The notes: generated by a model from the sequence alone, not told the origin. Positions 13,422 to 26,837 are shown, counted from the first letter of the stretch. The stretch is 64,000 nt of DNA from Octopus bimaculoides (GCF_001194135.2 NC_068981.1:21536087-21600086), one strand, 5' to 3'. Program-made: numbers and translations.

Positions 13422-15434
13422 AAGGAATAGCAAAAGCTGAAAAGAAATGAGGTCATGATACTTTGCTGGTTGTGTAGCATTAGTATAGCATTAACAACAG
13501 AGCAAAACTTAGCAGTGAGTCAAATTTGATATAAGATTAATCTGATGTGGTGTACAAGTGGACAATTTCACTGGTACAGACATATGATATACATGGTGGA
13601 TAACAGTAGGGTCGAGGAATGCTTAGCAATCCAGGTGGATGAAACCTGTGGGAGAGAAAGGACGTGAGAAAAAGTAGAAAAAGCTGACCTTAAGAGTAAG
13701 TCTCACAAAGTAGATGATTTATGCTTGTGACTAGTGATAAGACACTGTGCTAAAGAAGATGAGCTTGTGCAAGCATAGAAAAAGGGATTTATAAAATGAT
13801 GATAACATCAGTTCTTTTAATACTAACTTCTCCTACACATCTATTCCATACAAGTCCTTCATCTCTACCAACCTGCCTGTGATTACACTGCACCTCTTGT
13901 TCACCCATGGTTTACATTGGGTACTCAGTATGGAATTTCTCCCTCATCCTTTTTTGTATATTAACCATGCCTATATCCTGCATGGTACAACTGTCCTGTC
14001 TTATTTCTGGCTAAAACATTTATCTTTGCTAGGTTTACTTTAAGACCTCTCATTTGCAGGCTTCTGTTTGGAATTTCTTCTCAAATTCTTCAGCTTTGAG
14101 AACTAAGGGATCAGCATAATGAAGTCCCCATGGACAGCTGGTTTTATACTCTTCTGTAATTGTCTGAAATACTTTCATAAACTGGATGGAGGTTGAGAAC
14201 TAAGCCCCCATAGAAACTTACATGCAATTGTGTAAAGTCCTTATTGTAAGAATGTGAAATACGAGAGGTTAATTTAGAAAGTAATTCTTGTCATCACCAC
14301 CAGTGGAAGAAGCAGGTTAAGAAAGGAGAGGGTATTTTCAAAAAATTTTTAAAAAAACACTTTTCATGCAGATTTGAAGCAAGCTGTTCAAAAAATACAT
14401 TTCCAGCGTAATGCATAGGGGAAGTTTGGTCTACAATATTTGTGGACACGTCTGTTTATCAAGTGCCAGGCTCAGTCCCCTGCAGAACCACAAGTGTAAA
14501 GTATATTTTTGTTTCAGCTCACAATGTCCTTAATGGTCAATGATGGTCTTCCTCAGTCGCAAATGGACAGCAATCATATATATATATGCATACATATCTT
14601 TCTATTTGTACCTGTGTTAATATTACTGTAGATATATAGTTTTCTTGGCAGTGGTAGATAAATATCTGTCAATAAACATATGTAATTTCTCTCAGTCTTA
14701 TCCACAGATCATATTATTTATCATAATACTATGTTTTATCATGCTATTTTAGATTTCATTGCATGTTTAGTATATAGGCATTTTTTTAATGCATCACTCT
14801 GTATCTGTGTGCTTTTTTTGTGGAAATGTCTGTATTTTTGCCTCATATTTCATTTTTTTACTTAATGGAAAATCTGAAGCTTCAATTTAAAAATGTGATT
14901 CTCTTTCAGAAATAATTAAAGCCAAAATGTATTTTTAAAAAAAAGGATGGACCATAATTTATGGGTAAAAATTGTAATTTTGACTGGGTATTACATAAGC
15001 ATGTAATATACCATATAAGCTTGTAAGATAAGTATATACTTATCATATAAGTATATAATAGCAGTTTTAATTAATCTTTGAAAATTAAATATGACAATAC
15101 AATATATGAATATTTTATATCTAGGTTGGATCTAAACATTATAATCCATTGTCATTACAGAACTCATCATCATTGTTTTCAACATCATCCCCATTATCAT
15201 TCTTATGTCTACTTTTTTTCCAAACTGGCATGGGTTGGACAAGACATCTTGGGGAAGTATACTAAGTGTGGATGGACACCATTCCTTACACAAACCCTCA
15301 TGTTTCAAGCAAAGTACTTCATTCTACATCTTTGCACTTTGAGCTGCTGGATGCTTTGTTTATGTCGAAAATAAACGTTTGCATTGCTGTACAAGCAGTG
15401 TCATTACAAAAGTCATACAGACAAAAACAAATAT

Positions 15435-15489
<55 letters not shown>

Positions 15490-15945
15490 CACATGCACAT
15501 GTGTGTGAATAAGTATATATATATTTTTTTATTTAGCTTGTAATGCTACACATGCACTCACACATACACGTAGCATTTTATTTAGCTATAGTCTACATAA
15601 GTATGCTTTTTTCTTTTTATTTAGTTGTAACCTACATATATATCTTTATTCATCTGTAAAGCTGCATATGTATATAGCTTTCTATCAATTTGTAAGCTAT
15701 TTAAATATATTAGCTTAGAGCTGATAAAATATATACGTGACAGGCTTCAAAACAATTTCTATCTACTGAATTTCACTCATAGAACATTGGTCGGCTTGGA
15801 GCTTTCGTAGAAGACACTTACCCCAGATGCCAAGTAATGGAATTGAACCTGAAACCACATGGTCACAAAATGAACTTCTTAAATGCATAGTCATACCAAC
15901 AATAAAAAAGTATTATAATCTGCTGTCACTAAGGAGGAAGCAAGT

Positions 15946-16500
15946 ATACAAGGTGTATTCCAGAAGTTCTGAGACATCTCAGGAGAGGCATTTAGTAATG
16001 TCAAAAAGTACAAAATTCTAATCTCCTTTGAAGTAGGCCCCTCTGACTTCAATGCACTTGTTGAAATACTTCAACCATTTTGTGAAGACCCCCATGGAAG
16101 TCCTCCAAAGTGAAGGTGTCCAGGACCCTTGTCACTGCCTCTTTCATCTTCAAAATGCCTGGCCCTGTGGTTCTTTTTCAGCTACAGGAACAACCAAAGG
16201 TCTTAAAATGCATGGTCTGGAGTTTAAGGCAGATAAAGGACAGTTTTGCTGCCCATTTCTGTCAAGTAATTGCTTACCAGGATGCTTGTCACTGAGCACC
16301 CTAAGAACAAACTTGGCACAAATTTTGTGCATGTTCAGATCTTCATGAATAATTCTGTGTACAGTTGCCACATCAATTCCAAACTGCTTATTGTCTTTAT
16401 AGAAACTGAGGGTCTTCATTAAGAAAATTGCAAATTTTCTCAAACATTTCTGATATTCTGACACCTCATCATTTCTCACCTCTTCTCTACTGTCTTTTAA
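15946..16500 (-). mobile_element. Degenerate mariner (Tc1/mariner) transposase remnant
   Basis: Minus-strand FGIDVATVHRIIHEDLNMHKICAKFV and a C-terminal KCIEVRGAYF-like segment. TIR-like end tacaaggtgtattccagaagttctgagac. Frameshifted and internally deleted. Confidence 0.8.
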
Positions 16501-16545
16501 CCTCTTGTGCCAGCAAAAGAAGTTAATCCATGCCCAGTCTGGAGC

Positions 16546-16620
16546 AATTCATAAGTTTCAGTTTAACACAATTCATAAGTTTCAGTTTAACACAATTCAT
16601 AAGTTTCACTTTAACACAGA
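16546..16620. repeat. 24-bp tandem repeat, about 3 copies
   Basis: (cacaattcataagtttcagtttaa)n. Confidence 0.9.
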
Positions 16621-18043
16621 ACTTCATTGCATAGCAAGCTTCCAAACATGGCTTCATTCTGCAAACTACTTGGTTGTTACTAGTTTTAGTAAACACTGCT
16701 GTGATAAACGGTGTTAAGTTGAGTGTATTCAGAGTGCTGTTAGAGCCATTGTTTTCAATCTGGAATAACAAAAATTACCTGGTCATCTTATTAGATATAC
16801 AGTAATAATATATTAAAGTTACAATAATCTAGAACAGTTAGCCTCTGCTAAAAAGTCTCAAAACATTTTGTAAGTTTCATGGAGCTGGCCAGACAAACTT
16901 GTTCTGACTTGTTCAACTCTTTATTCCTATACACTCCTGAAAATCATTTCTATTTTGTCTAGAACAGTGATATGATACTAGCATTCTCTCACCTGATATT
17001 TATCTTATTTCCTCTATTTCAAGGTATTTGATGCATAGCTTACTGATAAAATATAATTTTGTCTTGCCTTTGAAAAATCTTTTGTTTTCTAAACTCAGAT
17101 GTATCGAAATGAAAATGTTAATTTATTTGATTAAATATTGAAAGCCTGTAAGAGAAAATGCTTAATTAGTAACTAACATTAATAGGAAGAACTGGTACTG
17201 ATTTACATAATCTTCTAGACTCCTTTTTTTATGCATAATCTTTTGTATTAACTGCAGCAAAGCAAACAGGATATCATCGTTACAGTTGATTCCTTAAAAC
17301 TTCAAACGTTTTAAGTATCACATTTTGTTAGTATCATATTCTATATCTTCACCCAAACATTTTGCTCATCATACTTTGTATACAATCATTTCCAGTTTTG
17401 GAACAATCTAAATATTGAATCTTCTTCCAGCCTCAAAACAAAACATAACCAATCTTTCCACAATGGCATTTTTAGAAAGGGAAGAAACTGGCAAACTACT
17501 TTGAAATTTTATCTTATATTATGTGTTAGAGTGGCTCTGTGGTAAGAAGTTTGCTTCTCTGTCACATGATTTCAGGTCCAGTTCCACTGTATGGCACCTT
17601 GGGCAAGTGTCTTCTACTATAGCCTCAGACTAACCAAAGCCTTGTGAGTGGATTTGGTCAACTAAAACTAAAAGAAGCTTGTTGTACATATGTGTATATA
17701 TGTGTGTGTGTGTATGCATGTGTCTTTGTATCTGTATTTATAGCCCTCACCACCACTTGACAATTGGTGTTTGTGTGGTTACATCCCCTTAACTTAGCAG
17801 TTCACAAAAGACTGATAAAATAAGTGCCTGAATAACAAAAATGATAAAGTACTGGAGTTGACTTAGGTTAACTTAGTCTTTTATCTTTGTGGAGTTAATA
17901 AAATAAAATACCCGTTCAATAGCGTAACTGATTTTATCAACTATTGAAATTTATGACCTTGTACCTGTTAGAAATCATTGCTTCCATAAGACTCAGTAAT
18001 AATACTTTTATCACCATTCCTTTAACAATATTAGATTATTATA

Positions 18044-18258
18044 AAGGCAGCGAGCTGGCAGAAACATTAGCATGCCAGGTGAAATGTTTAGCAATATTTC
18101 ATCTGTCTTTACGTTCTGAGTTCAAATTCCACTGAGGTCAACTTTGCCTTTCATCCTTTTGGAGTCGATAAATTAAGTACCAGTTGCGTACTGGGGTTGA
18201 TCTAATCAACTGGCCCCCTCTTCCAAAATTTCGGGCCTTGTGCCTAGAGTAGAAAAGG
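18044..18258 (+). mobile_element. tRNA-derived SINE family 2 with 16-bp TSD
   Basis: aaggcagcgagctggcagaa ... gagttcaaattcc ... cctagagtagaaaag. TSD atattagattattata / atattaaattattata. Confidence 0.92.
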
Positions 18259-19588
18259 ATATTAAATTATTATAGATTTTACCCTTTTTTACACTTGTTT
18301 CTGTCATTGGACTGTGACCATGCTGGAGCACTGCCTTGGTGGGTTCAGTTGAACAAGTTGACCTTAGAACTTATTTTAAATTTGGTATTTACTCTATCGA
18401 TCTCTTTTGCTGAACCACCAAGTTACAGGAATGTAAAAGACCAACACCAGTTGTCCAGTAAGTGGTGGGGAATAAACACAAAGACACACATACATATATG
18501 CATTTATAGATAGATAGATAGACAGACAGACACAGTGGGGTTCCATACAATTTCTGTCTTTCAAATTTACTCACATGACATTGGTCAACCAAGGGCTATA
18601 GTGGAAAACACTTGCCTAAGGTGGGACTAAATTTGCAACCATGTGGTTACAAAGTACATTTCTTAACTACACAGCCATATGCAAATAAAGATGTATTTTT
18701 AGGAATCTGTTTAACTTCCACAGATTAATTGGAAAGCTAATTATTCCCTAGATTTCTCTCAATGAAGTTCTTAGAATATTTGTGAAGCTTATAAGATCTT
18801 TTCATAGTTTTTTATGTCACTTGCTTCCTACTAGACTGTCAAACCTTGTGCCATTTTTTAATGTACAACAGTTTTTCTGAAGCTCAGAAAGTTATTTGAT
18901 AAACATAGTATCATAATGTGTACTGTACCAAGAACATTATAGAGTCTGTTGAGAATGCATCTCAGTGGCTCTGGCTGAAAAAGGAGGATCACTGAGGTCA
19001 TAAGAATAACTCTCAGATACAGGCTTGGGCTCGGTCGACCTAAGCTGGGTTGCTTGGATGAGGGTGTATATTATAAGACTTGAAGCACCCATTGACCCCA
19101 AAATACAGCACTGACAATGTGTCCCAAATATTTCGTTTATAGATGTTTGATGAATTATGTCTCCATTATGATTTCCATTATTTTTTTCATTCAGAGAAAC
19201 TGATTTTTGTAAAACCAGAAAGAGATTTAAATATGAACTTTGTTTACTAGCTAAAATATGATAGTTATTTGTGATGATATACATGATATATATATTTACA
19301 GGTGTGTTGTTGTGTATGTTGAAGAGTATTGTGTTGAAAGATTTAATGATTTAACGCATAAGGATAACATCAAAATTGTGTGAGGATGTATATTATACAC
19401 AGGTGTCTTTATGCTTATATATACACACATACATCTATATATATATATATATATAATTAAAATAGTAGGGTAAAGATTGGATATTAATTAATATCAATTT
19501 AATACCAGGAAACCAGAACATTAAAAGAATCAGAAGATTCAGAAAAAAATTTTCTGAGATCTCAAAAGGATTATTGTATATGTATATA

Positions 19589-19707
19589 TAAAAGAGAGAC
19601 CACTAAGTGGACTGTTAATATGCTAGAAGAAGATCACTTTTTCTTTGAAAACTATTCGGTGATCTTCTTCTAGCACATTAGCAGTCCACTTTGTGGTCTC
19701 TTTTTTA
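19589..19707. repeat. Inverted repeat of about 49 bp with 21-nt loop
   Basis: aaagagagaccactaagtggactgttaatatgctagaagaagatcac pairs with gtgatcttcttctagcacattagcagtccactttgtggtctcttttt. Confidence 0.88.
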
Positions 19708-20179
19708 TGTATATATATATATATAATGACCTGGGGGTTTCTGGCACATCAAAACTCATTTAATCTAGAGGAGTGCAGGATGTTTCATAGGGAGATTTAT
19801 TCTATTCTACAGTTGGTGTTTACAATGTCGAAAAATAAATGATAAATTCCAAGTTGTTCAGTGACATTTTTGTGGCAAGAAATAACCATTTCAAAAAGCT
19901 ACAAAATATTCTGATTCATGAATTTCAAGGAAATCTTTTGCTTCTCTGAGAAATTGTCAATAATTCTTTTATTTGATGTAATCAGAACAGTTTAGTTTGG
20001 AAGATTGTCTTTGTGAAATATTTGATTGTATTTAGAATTGAGAGGCCTCAAAATATACTTAATTAATGTAAAAGTTTAAGCAGAAAAGAAGACATGGCTG
20101 TATGCCCTCATGGAAGTGGCAATATGCAATAATCAAAAAGAGAAATATGTTTGAAGTAAGGACTGTGTACGTATTACAC

Positions 20180-20860
20180 AGTACTTGATACACAGGTCAT
20201 TGCAAGAGATGCAGTAGAATCACAAATAGGCTGGCAGAGATGGAAGACTTCTATGTTGCAGATATACAGGAGAAGTTAAAATTAAGGAAGTAAATTCTTT
20301 CAAATGTTTGGACCAAATTCCTAGAAATATTTGATAGGGGTTTAATTAGCAATGAAGGCGGGTGCTCCAAAAGGTCAGTAGCCAGCTTGAAAACAATGTG
20401 GAAAACTGGCAACAAAAGAAGTGTCTAAATGTAGAGTAAATTTTAAGATGCTTGCATAGAAAGTGCAGTTTTACATGATTTATCACCCAATAAATGTGAA
20501 AGTCAGAAAGAAATGAAGCATGTTCTGATGGATGTGTAGTGTTTAGTGTGCATGAACAATACAGCACAAATTAACTTAAAGAAAATTCCAGATAAAAGCG
20601 GAATTAAATGTAATATGCCCGAAAGAGAGCACAGTGCCGGTACATGCATGTGATGTGTATGGAGGATAACGGATGAATTAAGAAGAAATGAGCAATCCAA
20701 ATGAAAGGAAACTTGCAGAAGAGAAACACTAGAGAAAATACAGGACAAACTGAGGACAGCTGAACATCATAAAAGAAATGCTAAAAGGCTTTAACAAACG
20801 AGACTATGCCAGACAAGACTCATCCATCCATGGAAAAGTGAACATAAATGTGATGATGAT
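20180..20860 (+). mobile_element. Old RTE-like LINE remnant with (GAT)n tail
   Basis: Degenerate RT C-terminal similarity ending gaaaagtgaacataaatgtgatgatgatg. Confidence 0.55.
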
Positions 20861-21132
20861 GATTATGATGATGTTTTGTATATAACTTATGACACATTTT
20901 GTTATGCAAAAATGTTCCTTTTATTCTAGTAAAAAACTTCTAGCAACAACTATTCAATGGAGATCTCTTGATATAATGTAATATTAATAATCTAATATAT
21001 ATATATCCTTGAAAATTACTTTAAAAAACCTGATGTTGATTCAATAGGTTTCATAGAAAGTTAGTATTGCCTGAATACACTCCTTTGTTTTCACAGTCTT
21101 TAATGTTTATTGAACCTTATTTTCCCTGACAG

Positions 21133-21228
21133 ATGAGTGGCCTTCCCTCACTCCATCCGTAACATTTCCTTGCACAGCTCTTAAAGAGACCTGTTCCCAA
21201 TTTAACATCACTGCTTTAGTTCATACAG
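21133..21228 (+). CDS. WDR59: Candidate symmetric (phase 1-1) 96-nt exon of WDR59, EWPSLTPSVTFPCTALKETCSQFNITALVHT
   Basis: Acceptor ccttattttccctgacag and donor CAG|GTATGT. The only open frame keeps the WDR59 phase. No homology recognised. Confidence 0.45.
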
Positions 21229-22639
21229 GTATGTGACCACTAGAAGACTTATACTTTGCTAAAACTACAGCACCTGCAAGAATTTACTATTGTCTTTTTT
21301 TTTTTATTTAGTTTTCTAGTTTTTGTTGTTTTTTTTTTTTTTTCGTATTAGTTCTGTCTCTAGGGAATGCAACTGAAAACCTTGTTTCATTTCGCTGTTG
21401 TATCTTGTCTGTGTTTTTGTAAACATTCCGGAAATATTTGTTTTAGTAAATCTTCTATTTAGCTGTCATTTGTTGTGGTCAACTCTTTTATTGTTTTTTT
21501 GCCTCCTCTCAGTTGTTTTTTTGTTTTTTTTAATGATGTATCAGTAGAGTTTAAAATATTGTGTTGTCGACTTTTCACTGCTGTCTTCACTTTCATGTTA
21601 TTGTTTGTACTTCTTCCACATTATTGTCAAAAACAATTATGGCTGTAACTTAATTGATATTTCTATCTAATAAAAGACCAACAGGACAACATTTTCCTCA
21701 TTAGAACACAAGCTTACTTTACAGCATTCTTAAATTTTGTAAAACCTCTCATTCCCTACACAGGGAATTTTATATATTCAACAGGTCACTCACAGTAGCT
21801 TTATTATAATCATTGTTGTAAGATAACAGTAAGCATGAACTCTTGAATATAAATGAGCTAAGATTCATATCTCAATTAGTACACTATAAGTGAATGGTAT
21901 CCTTTTCATATGTTTCAAGACAAACCTCTGGTGACTAAGCCATGTCCATACAACATTACTCTTGCAGTTACTATTGCAAAATACACCTGTCATTTTGTTT
22001 CTGTTACTATGTTTTCTTTATGCACAGTACTCTTACCTCACACTCAATATGTGCAATAGTTCTAATCTCTGCCTCTCCCCAAATTAGTACCTTCTGTATT
22101 TCTGTTTCTGACTACAATAGTGCTCCAACTATCATAGACTTTGCACCGTTCAACCAGGCTCTGACATTCCCAAATTGGTACAACTGTCAACAAAATGCCT
22201 GCAGTATTTTGCTACATCCTTGACATCCTGAGTGTTAATCCAGTGGAGGCTATCATCGCTTTCCATCTTTCAGAGCAATAAAATGAAGAACCAGTCAAAG
22301 ACTGGGATTGGTATATATTGTCTTATAAAGCTCAGATGTGAATGGAATTATGATTGAAACCAATGTGTTTTTTATGAAATTAATTTACTTATGTCATTAC
22401 CATGCTCATCTCTTTCAAAATAATTTATGTGAAGTCAAAATATTATAAGGCCAGTGACTATTATAATGAATATTATAAGGTCACTGGTTGTTATGGTTAT
22501 TATAAAGTCAACAACTTTGGTAATTATTAAAGAAGGAGGATTATTATATGGTAAATGACTAAATTATTATAAGCTCAGTAATTGACTTTATTATTACAAG
22601 ATCAGTGAGAAATATAACTATTCTAAAGTCCACATTACT

Positions 22640-22960
22640 CCATAAGAAGCATAGGGCTGTGACCATTTTTATACCAGTGGATGCAATCTGGAGCTTCCAC
22701 CTTGATTTCAGACCAAAAGAAACCGATTGCTCTCACTTCATCCTCCGTGCATCTTTTCCAGGTCTTCTTAGGTCATCCAACTTTCTTCTTTCCTTCAGGT
22801 TGCCACTCTAACACATGTCTTGCAATGCTATTTGGAGATCTCCTTAGAGTGTGACTGATGCAACCCCATTTCCTTTTCAAAATTTCTTGATTGATGGGTG
22901 CTTGGTTTGTTTTAACCCACAGACATCTGTTTAAAATTTTGCCTGGCCACCAGATCTTGA
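22640..22960 (-). mobile_element. RTE LINE 3' remnant inserted in an AT-rich minisatellite
   Basis: Minus strand KRKWGCISHTLRR...LEWQPEGKKKVG, typical of the RTE C-terminus. Confidence 0.75.
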
Positions 22961-23388
22961 TAAAGTCAATAACTTTTATAATTTTTATGAGATCAAAGAT
23001 TATAATAATCATGATAAGGTTCTTGATTATCAAAATTATCGTAAGATCAACAACTATTCTAATTATTATAAAGTCAATGATTATTATAATTATTTCATAG
23101 TCATTGACAATTATAATTATTATAAAATCAACAACTTTCTAATAATTATAGTCACTGATTATTATATCTTTTCATTTTCTTTCTTCTAAAAGTTTCTTCT
23201 ATGTTGCCATGTATAAAATTATTGTTATTAGTGTCAAGATAACAAAAGGCAGACATTATAGCGGGCCAGACTTGTGCCTTTAATTCCCATCTCCAAGGGT
23301 CAGTAACGTATAAAAATATACTAGAGTTGATACTATTGACTCTTAAACCTTCGTTGTAAATTTGTGGCCATGTACTAATTTTAGAAAT

Positions 23389-23424
<36 letters not shown>

Positions 23425-23596
23425 ATGAAAATATAAAGAATATGACCATGAAAGGTTTGAATTCCTATGAAATATAATGGCAAGCAGAAAACATTCTCTG
23501 TAAGTTCCTGTTTTAAGCACTGTTCTAATTTATCAATATCATTTATTATATCATGAATTTGACATTTAGAAAATATATTTTACCATTGTTTTAAGC

Positions 23597-24126
23597 AGCT
23601 AATTTTGTGAATTAGTTGTATGCTGTCAACTTAATGTGACAGTCCCCTGAAGGGAATAATACTACTGTTGGTTAGACCTAGGAAGCTGCACCGCTTCCTG
23701 TCGGCCTTGACACATTTCCTGTGTCCTTATGTTTACAAGGGGGAGACAAGCACCTCCACCCAGCTAAGCCTGCATCCAGAGACATGTTTCTGAGTCGAAG
23801 ATGCCTGTCAAGCTCTTGTAAACATATAATAATTCTAGTGAAATATATTCACTGATTTAAAATTTTAGAAATAATACATTTCTAAATCTCTCAGAGAGAT
23901 TTATGCAGTAGTGATACGATGAAGTAGTTGTATGCTGTCAACTTAATGTGACAGTCCCCTGAAAGGAATAATACTACTGTTGGTTACACCTAGGAAGCTG
24001 CAGCACTTCCTGTCGGCCTTGACACATTTCCTGTGTCCTTAAGTTGACAGCATACAACTACTTCATCGTATCACTACTGCATAAATCTCTCTGAAAGATT
24101 TAGAAATGTATTATAGCTAATTTTGT
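23597..24126. repeat. Composite direct-plus-inverted duplication block flanked by 12-bp direct repeats
   Basis: 117-bp direct repeats at 23613-23729 and 23925-24041. 75-bp inverted repeats at 23872-23946 and 24039-24113. agctaattttgt at both ends. Confidence 0.9.
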
Positions 24127-25043
24127 TTTGGCAGTGTATATATATATATAATAAAAATCAACAGTCATCTATATAATATAATTTTATATATAAATTACTT
24201 ATAAATGTATGTATATCATTTGACTTATAAAATAAATGACCTTATAATATGTTATTTTGGTTGAATCACTTTCTTGCAATTTCAGGCAAGTTGTGACTGT
24301 CATAACTTGCTTGAAGACTCTGTGCACCCACAAGCAAAACTTAGAGTAGCAAGAGACTGATTCAACTAAAATATATTAATCTCTTCTCTGGTATTGAGTA
24401 TTCTTTTATCCAATCCAATACTCAACACTAAATGGATGGATATATATATATATATATACACATGTATGTATATATACATATATATTATGAGGTCAATATT
24501 CATCTGCTATAAGCATTCTATAAACATGAAAAATATATAAGGAAATTAACTACATAGTTTGTCATATTGTTTTTGGTAAATCGTTTTATAATGCTTACAT
24601 ATAGTTAATCATGTTAGATATGTGTAGAGCCATTGTGAAATGTGTATATGCAGCTAGTGTGTAATGTGTGCATGTATGCACACATACATGTATGTGTATG
24701 TGTGTATGTACATAGAGTCAGTAAACGAATCAATATATATATATATATATATATACATGCATTCACACCTGGCTGGTGATAGTTTGTATGATTGCCAAAA
24801 TCAAGAAACTGCTTGTGATACAGGTGCATGTAAATTGGGTTAATTCCTTCAATACTAACACTAACATTTTATTTATTATTTTTGTTGTCGTTTTCACCTT
24901 TAATGTTTGCATGTACAAAGTTATTTTAATATATATGTTTTGTATTGTTATATATAACTGGTTTCATGTCAGTTTCCTGTTTCACCTGTTTCAAATTTTG
25001 ATATCAACCCTCCAGCCATTTACTTTGATATATCTATCTATAT

Positions 25044-25860
25044 ATATAAAATTGAAGAAATTGGAGTGAAGAAAGAGTAGGTTGGACATTTATTTATTAT
25101 TCACTACAATTTGGTTGTGCAACTGTTTGTTTCTATAATGAGATGTAGTTGTGTTTCCTCAGGCAATATTCAAGTGTTGTCTCCATTAGTTTAAAATCAT
25201 CAACTTCAGGGCCATCTCCTCTGTTTGTCATGGTTTGAATTTAGTAGTGGCTGATAGACCCATGGTGTGTGCCACAAGAGCACGTTTGTCAGACTGCTAT
25301 GAATGGTAGTAGATGGTATTGGCTGGCATTTAAATTCGATGTGCATGTATGTGTGTATATAGGCATATATGTATATATAGGTTTGTGTGTGAGAGTGTAT
25401 GTGCGAGTCTGTGTGTATGTGAGCATGTGTCCAACTGCTTAATACTAAAGGTCAGCTTAAGAAATTCACATGTGTAGCCAACCATGAAGAACAGACCAGA
25501 GATATAACCAAATAGAAGACCAATCCCATTTAAATGCCAGCCAGTACCATCTACTACTATTCATAGTCTGACAAATGTACTCTCACACACCATGGGTCTG
25601 TCAGCTGTTACTAAGTTCAAAACACAATGAACAGAGGAGATGGCCTTGAAGTTGACAATTTTAAACTAATGGAGACAACACTCCTATATATGTATATATC
25701 GCCTGAGGAAACACAACTAGATCTCATTATGCCAACACACAGTTGTATAACCAAATACCTGTATTGTTAGAGAATTACGTTGTATCGAAACAATTGTAGC
25801 AAATAATAAATAAATGTTCAACCATACTCCTTCTTGACACCAATTTCTTCAATTTTATAT
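25044..25860. mobile_element. Fold-back element with about 300-bp terminal inverted repeats
   Basis: Arms about 25044-25335 and 25528-25860 are reverse complements with scattered mismatches and one insertion of about 40 nt. TA-rich flanks. Confidence 0.85.
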
Positions 25861-25981
25861 TCACACATGATGAATACCCAAATTCAAACTTGGAAGTATA
25901 TAATACTACCGATAGTACTGGGTAATTCTCAAGGTGCACAAGCTTTATACTGTACTACCACATTCCTAACGGAATATAACA

Positions 25982-26028
<47 letters not shown>

Positions 26029-26098
26029 CAANNNNNNNNNNNNNNNNNNNNNNNNNNNNNNNNNNNNNNNNNNNNNNNNNNNNNNNNTTTTAAATAAA

Positions 26099-26134
<36 letters not shown>

Positions 26135-26722
26135 TATACACACATACATATGTATATATATACATATTTCATATATATATATAATGTTTCTTTCTGCTAT
26201 TTTGTTCTAATGACATGAAAGATGTAAGTGTTTAAATGGCTATTTCATAATGTAATGAGATATATAATGTTGTTATATGATTCATAAAGAAGAATGAATG
26301 TGATTAATAAAGTAGTTGGTGTGTTTAATTGTTGACTGAAAATTTATTTTTGCCTTGAAAATTTTTCCAAAACATTAGATTAAAATAATTCCTGTTTGAT
26401 ATCTATATCTTATCAGCTAAATCATCATCATTGTTTAACATCCACGTTCCATGCTGGCATGGTTGATGTCTATATTTGATTCATTTGCCACTACATAATT
26501 TGTCTTAACATTGTACCTTGTCACATTAAATTTGGTTGATTCAGATTTATTATTTAAATTATATTTGGTAAAGTATCCCAAATTTCTAGAAATATCATGT
26601 TAAAACATAATATTTCTAGAAATTTTTATGAACTTGTCTAGAAGATATTTGTAAACAGGTAAAAATTTATATGCATGTGCATTGTTTGAAATTATTCATC
26701 TTTCACTCCTGTTTATGTGAAG

Positions 26723-26837
26723 CCATCAATTTAAGACGTTCAAACAGTTGGTCAGATTCTTATGAAGGATTCAGATTTACGGAAAGTGGTAAAGATCAAA
26801 AGGAATCTGAAACAGAACAACATTCAAAAAACTGTTG
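26723..26837 (+). CDS. WDR59: WDR59 internal exon, INLRRSNSWSDSYEGFRFTESGKDQKESETEQHSKNC
   Basis: Donor TG|GTAAGT at 26838 (phase 2) joins the 34156 exon in frame. Aligns with the vertebrate segment before LLDP (E.LRF...ERDQHDKNK). The acceptor position (gtgaag, 26722) is less certain than the donor. Confidence 0.8.

Noticed and set aside
18937-19284. 115-aa minus-strand ORF
   Set aside because: No recognised homology. The + strand reads as a stop-riddled WLWLKK... segment resembling a decayed non-LTR retrotransposon C-terminus, so the ORF is probably antisense.
26733-26837. Alternative frame DVQTVGQILMKDSDLRK..., resembling the WDR59 DVQTLAML motif
   Set aside because: It ends in phase 1, which would put the well-conserved 34156 exon out of frame. 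Coincidental.
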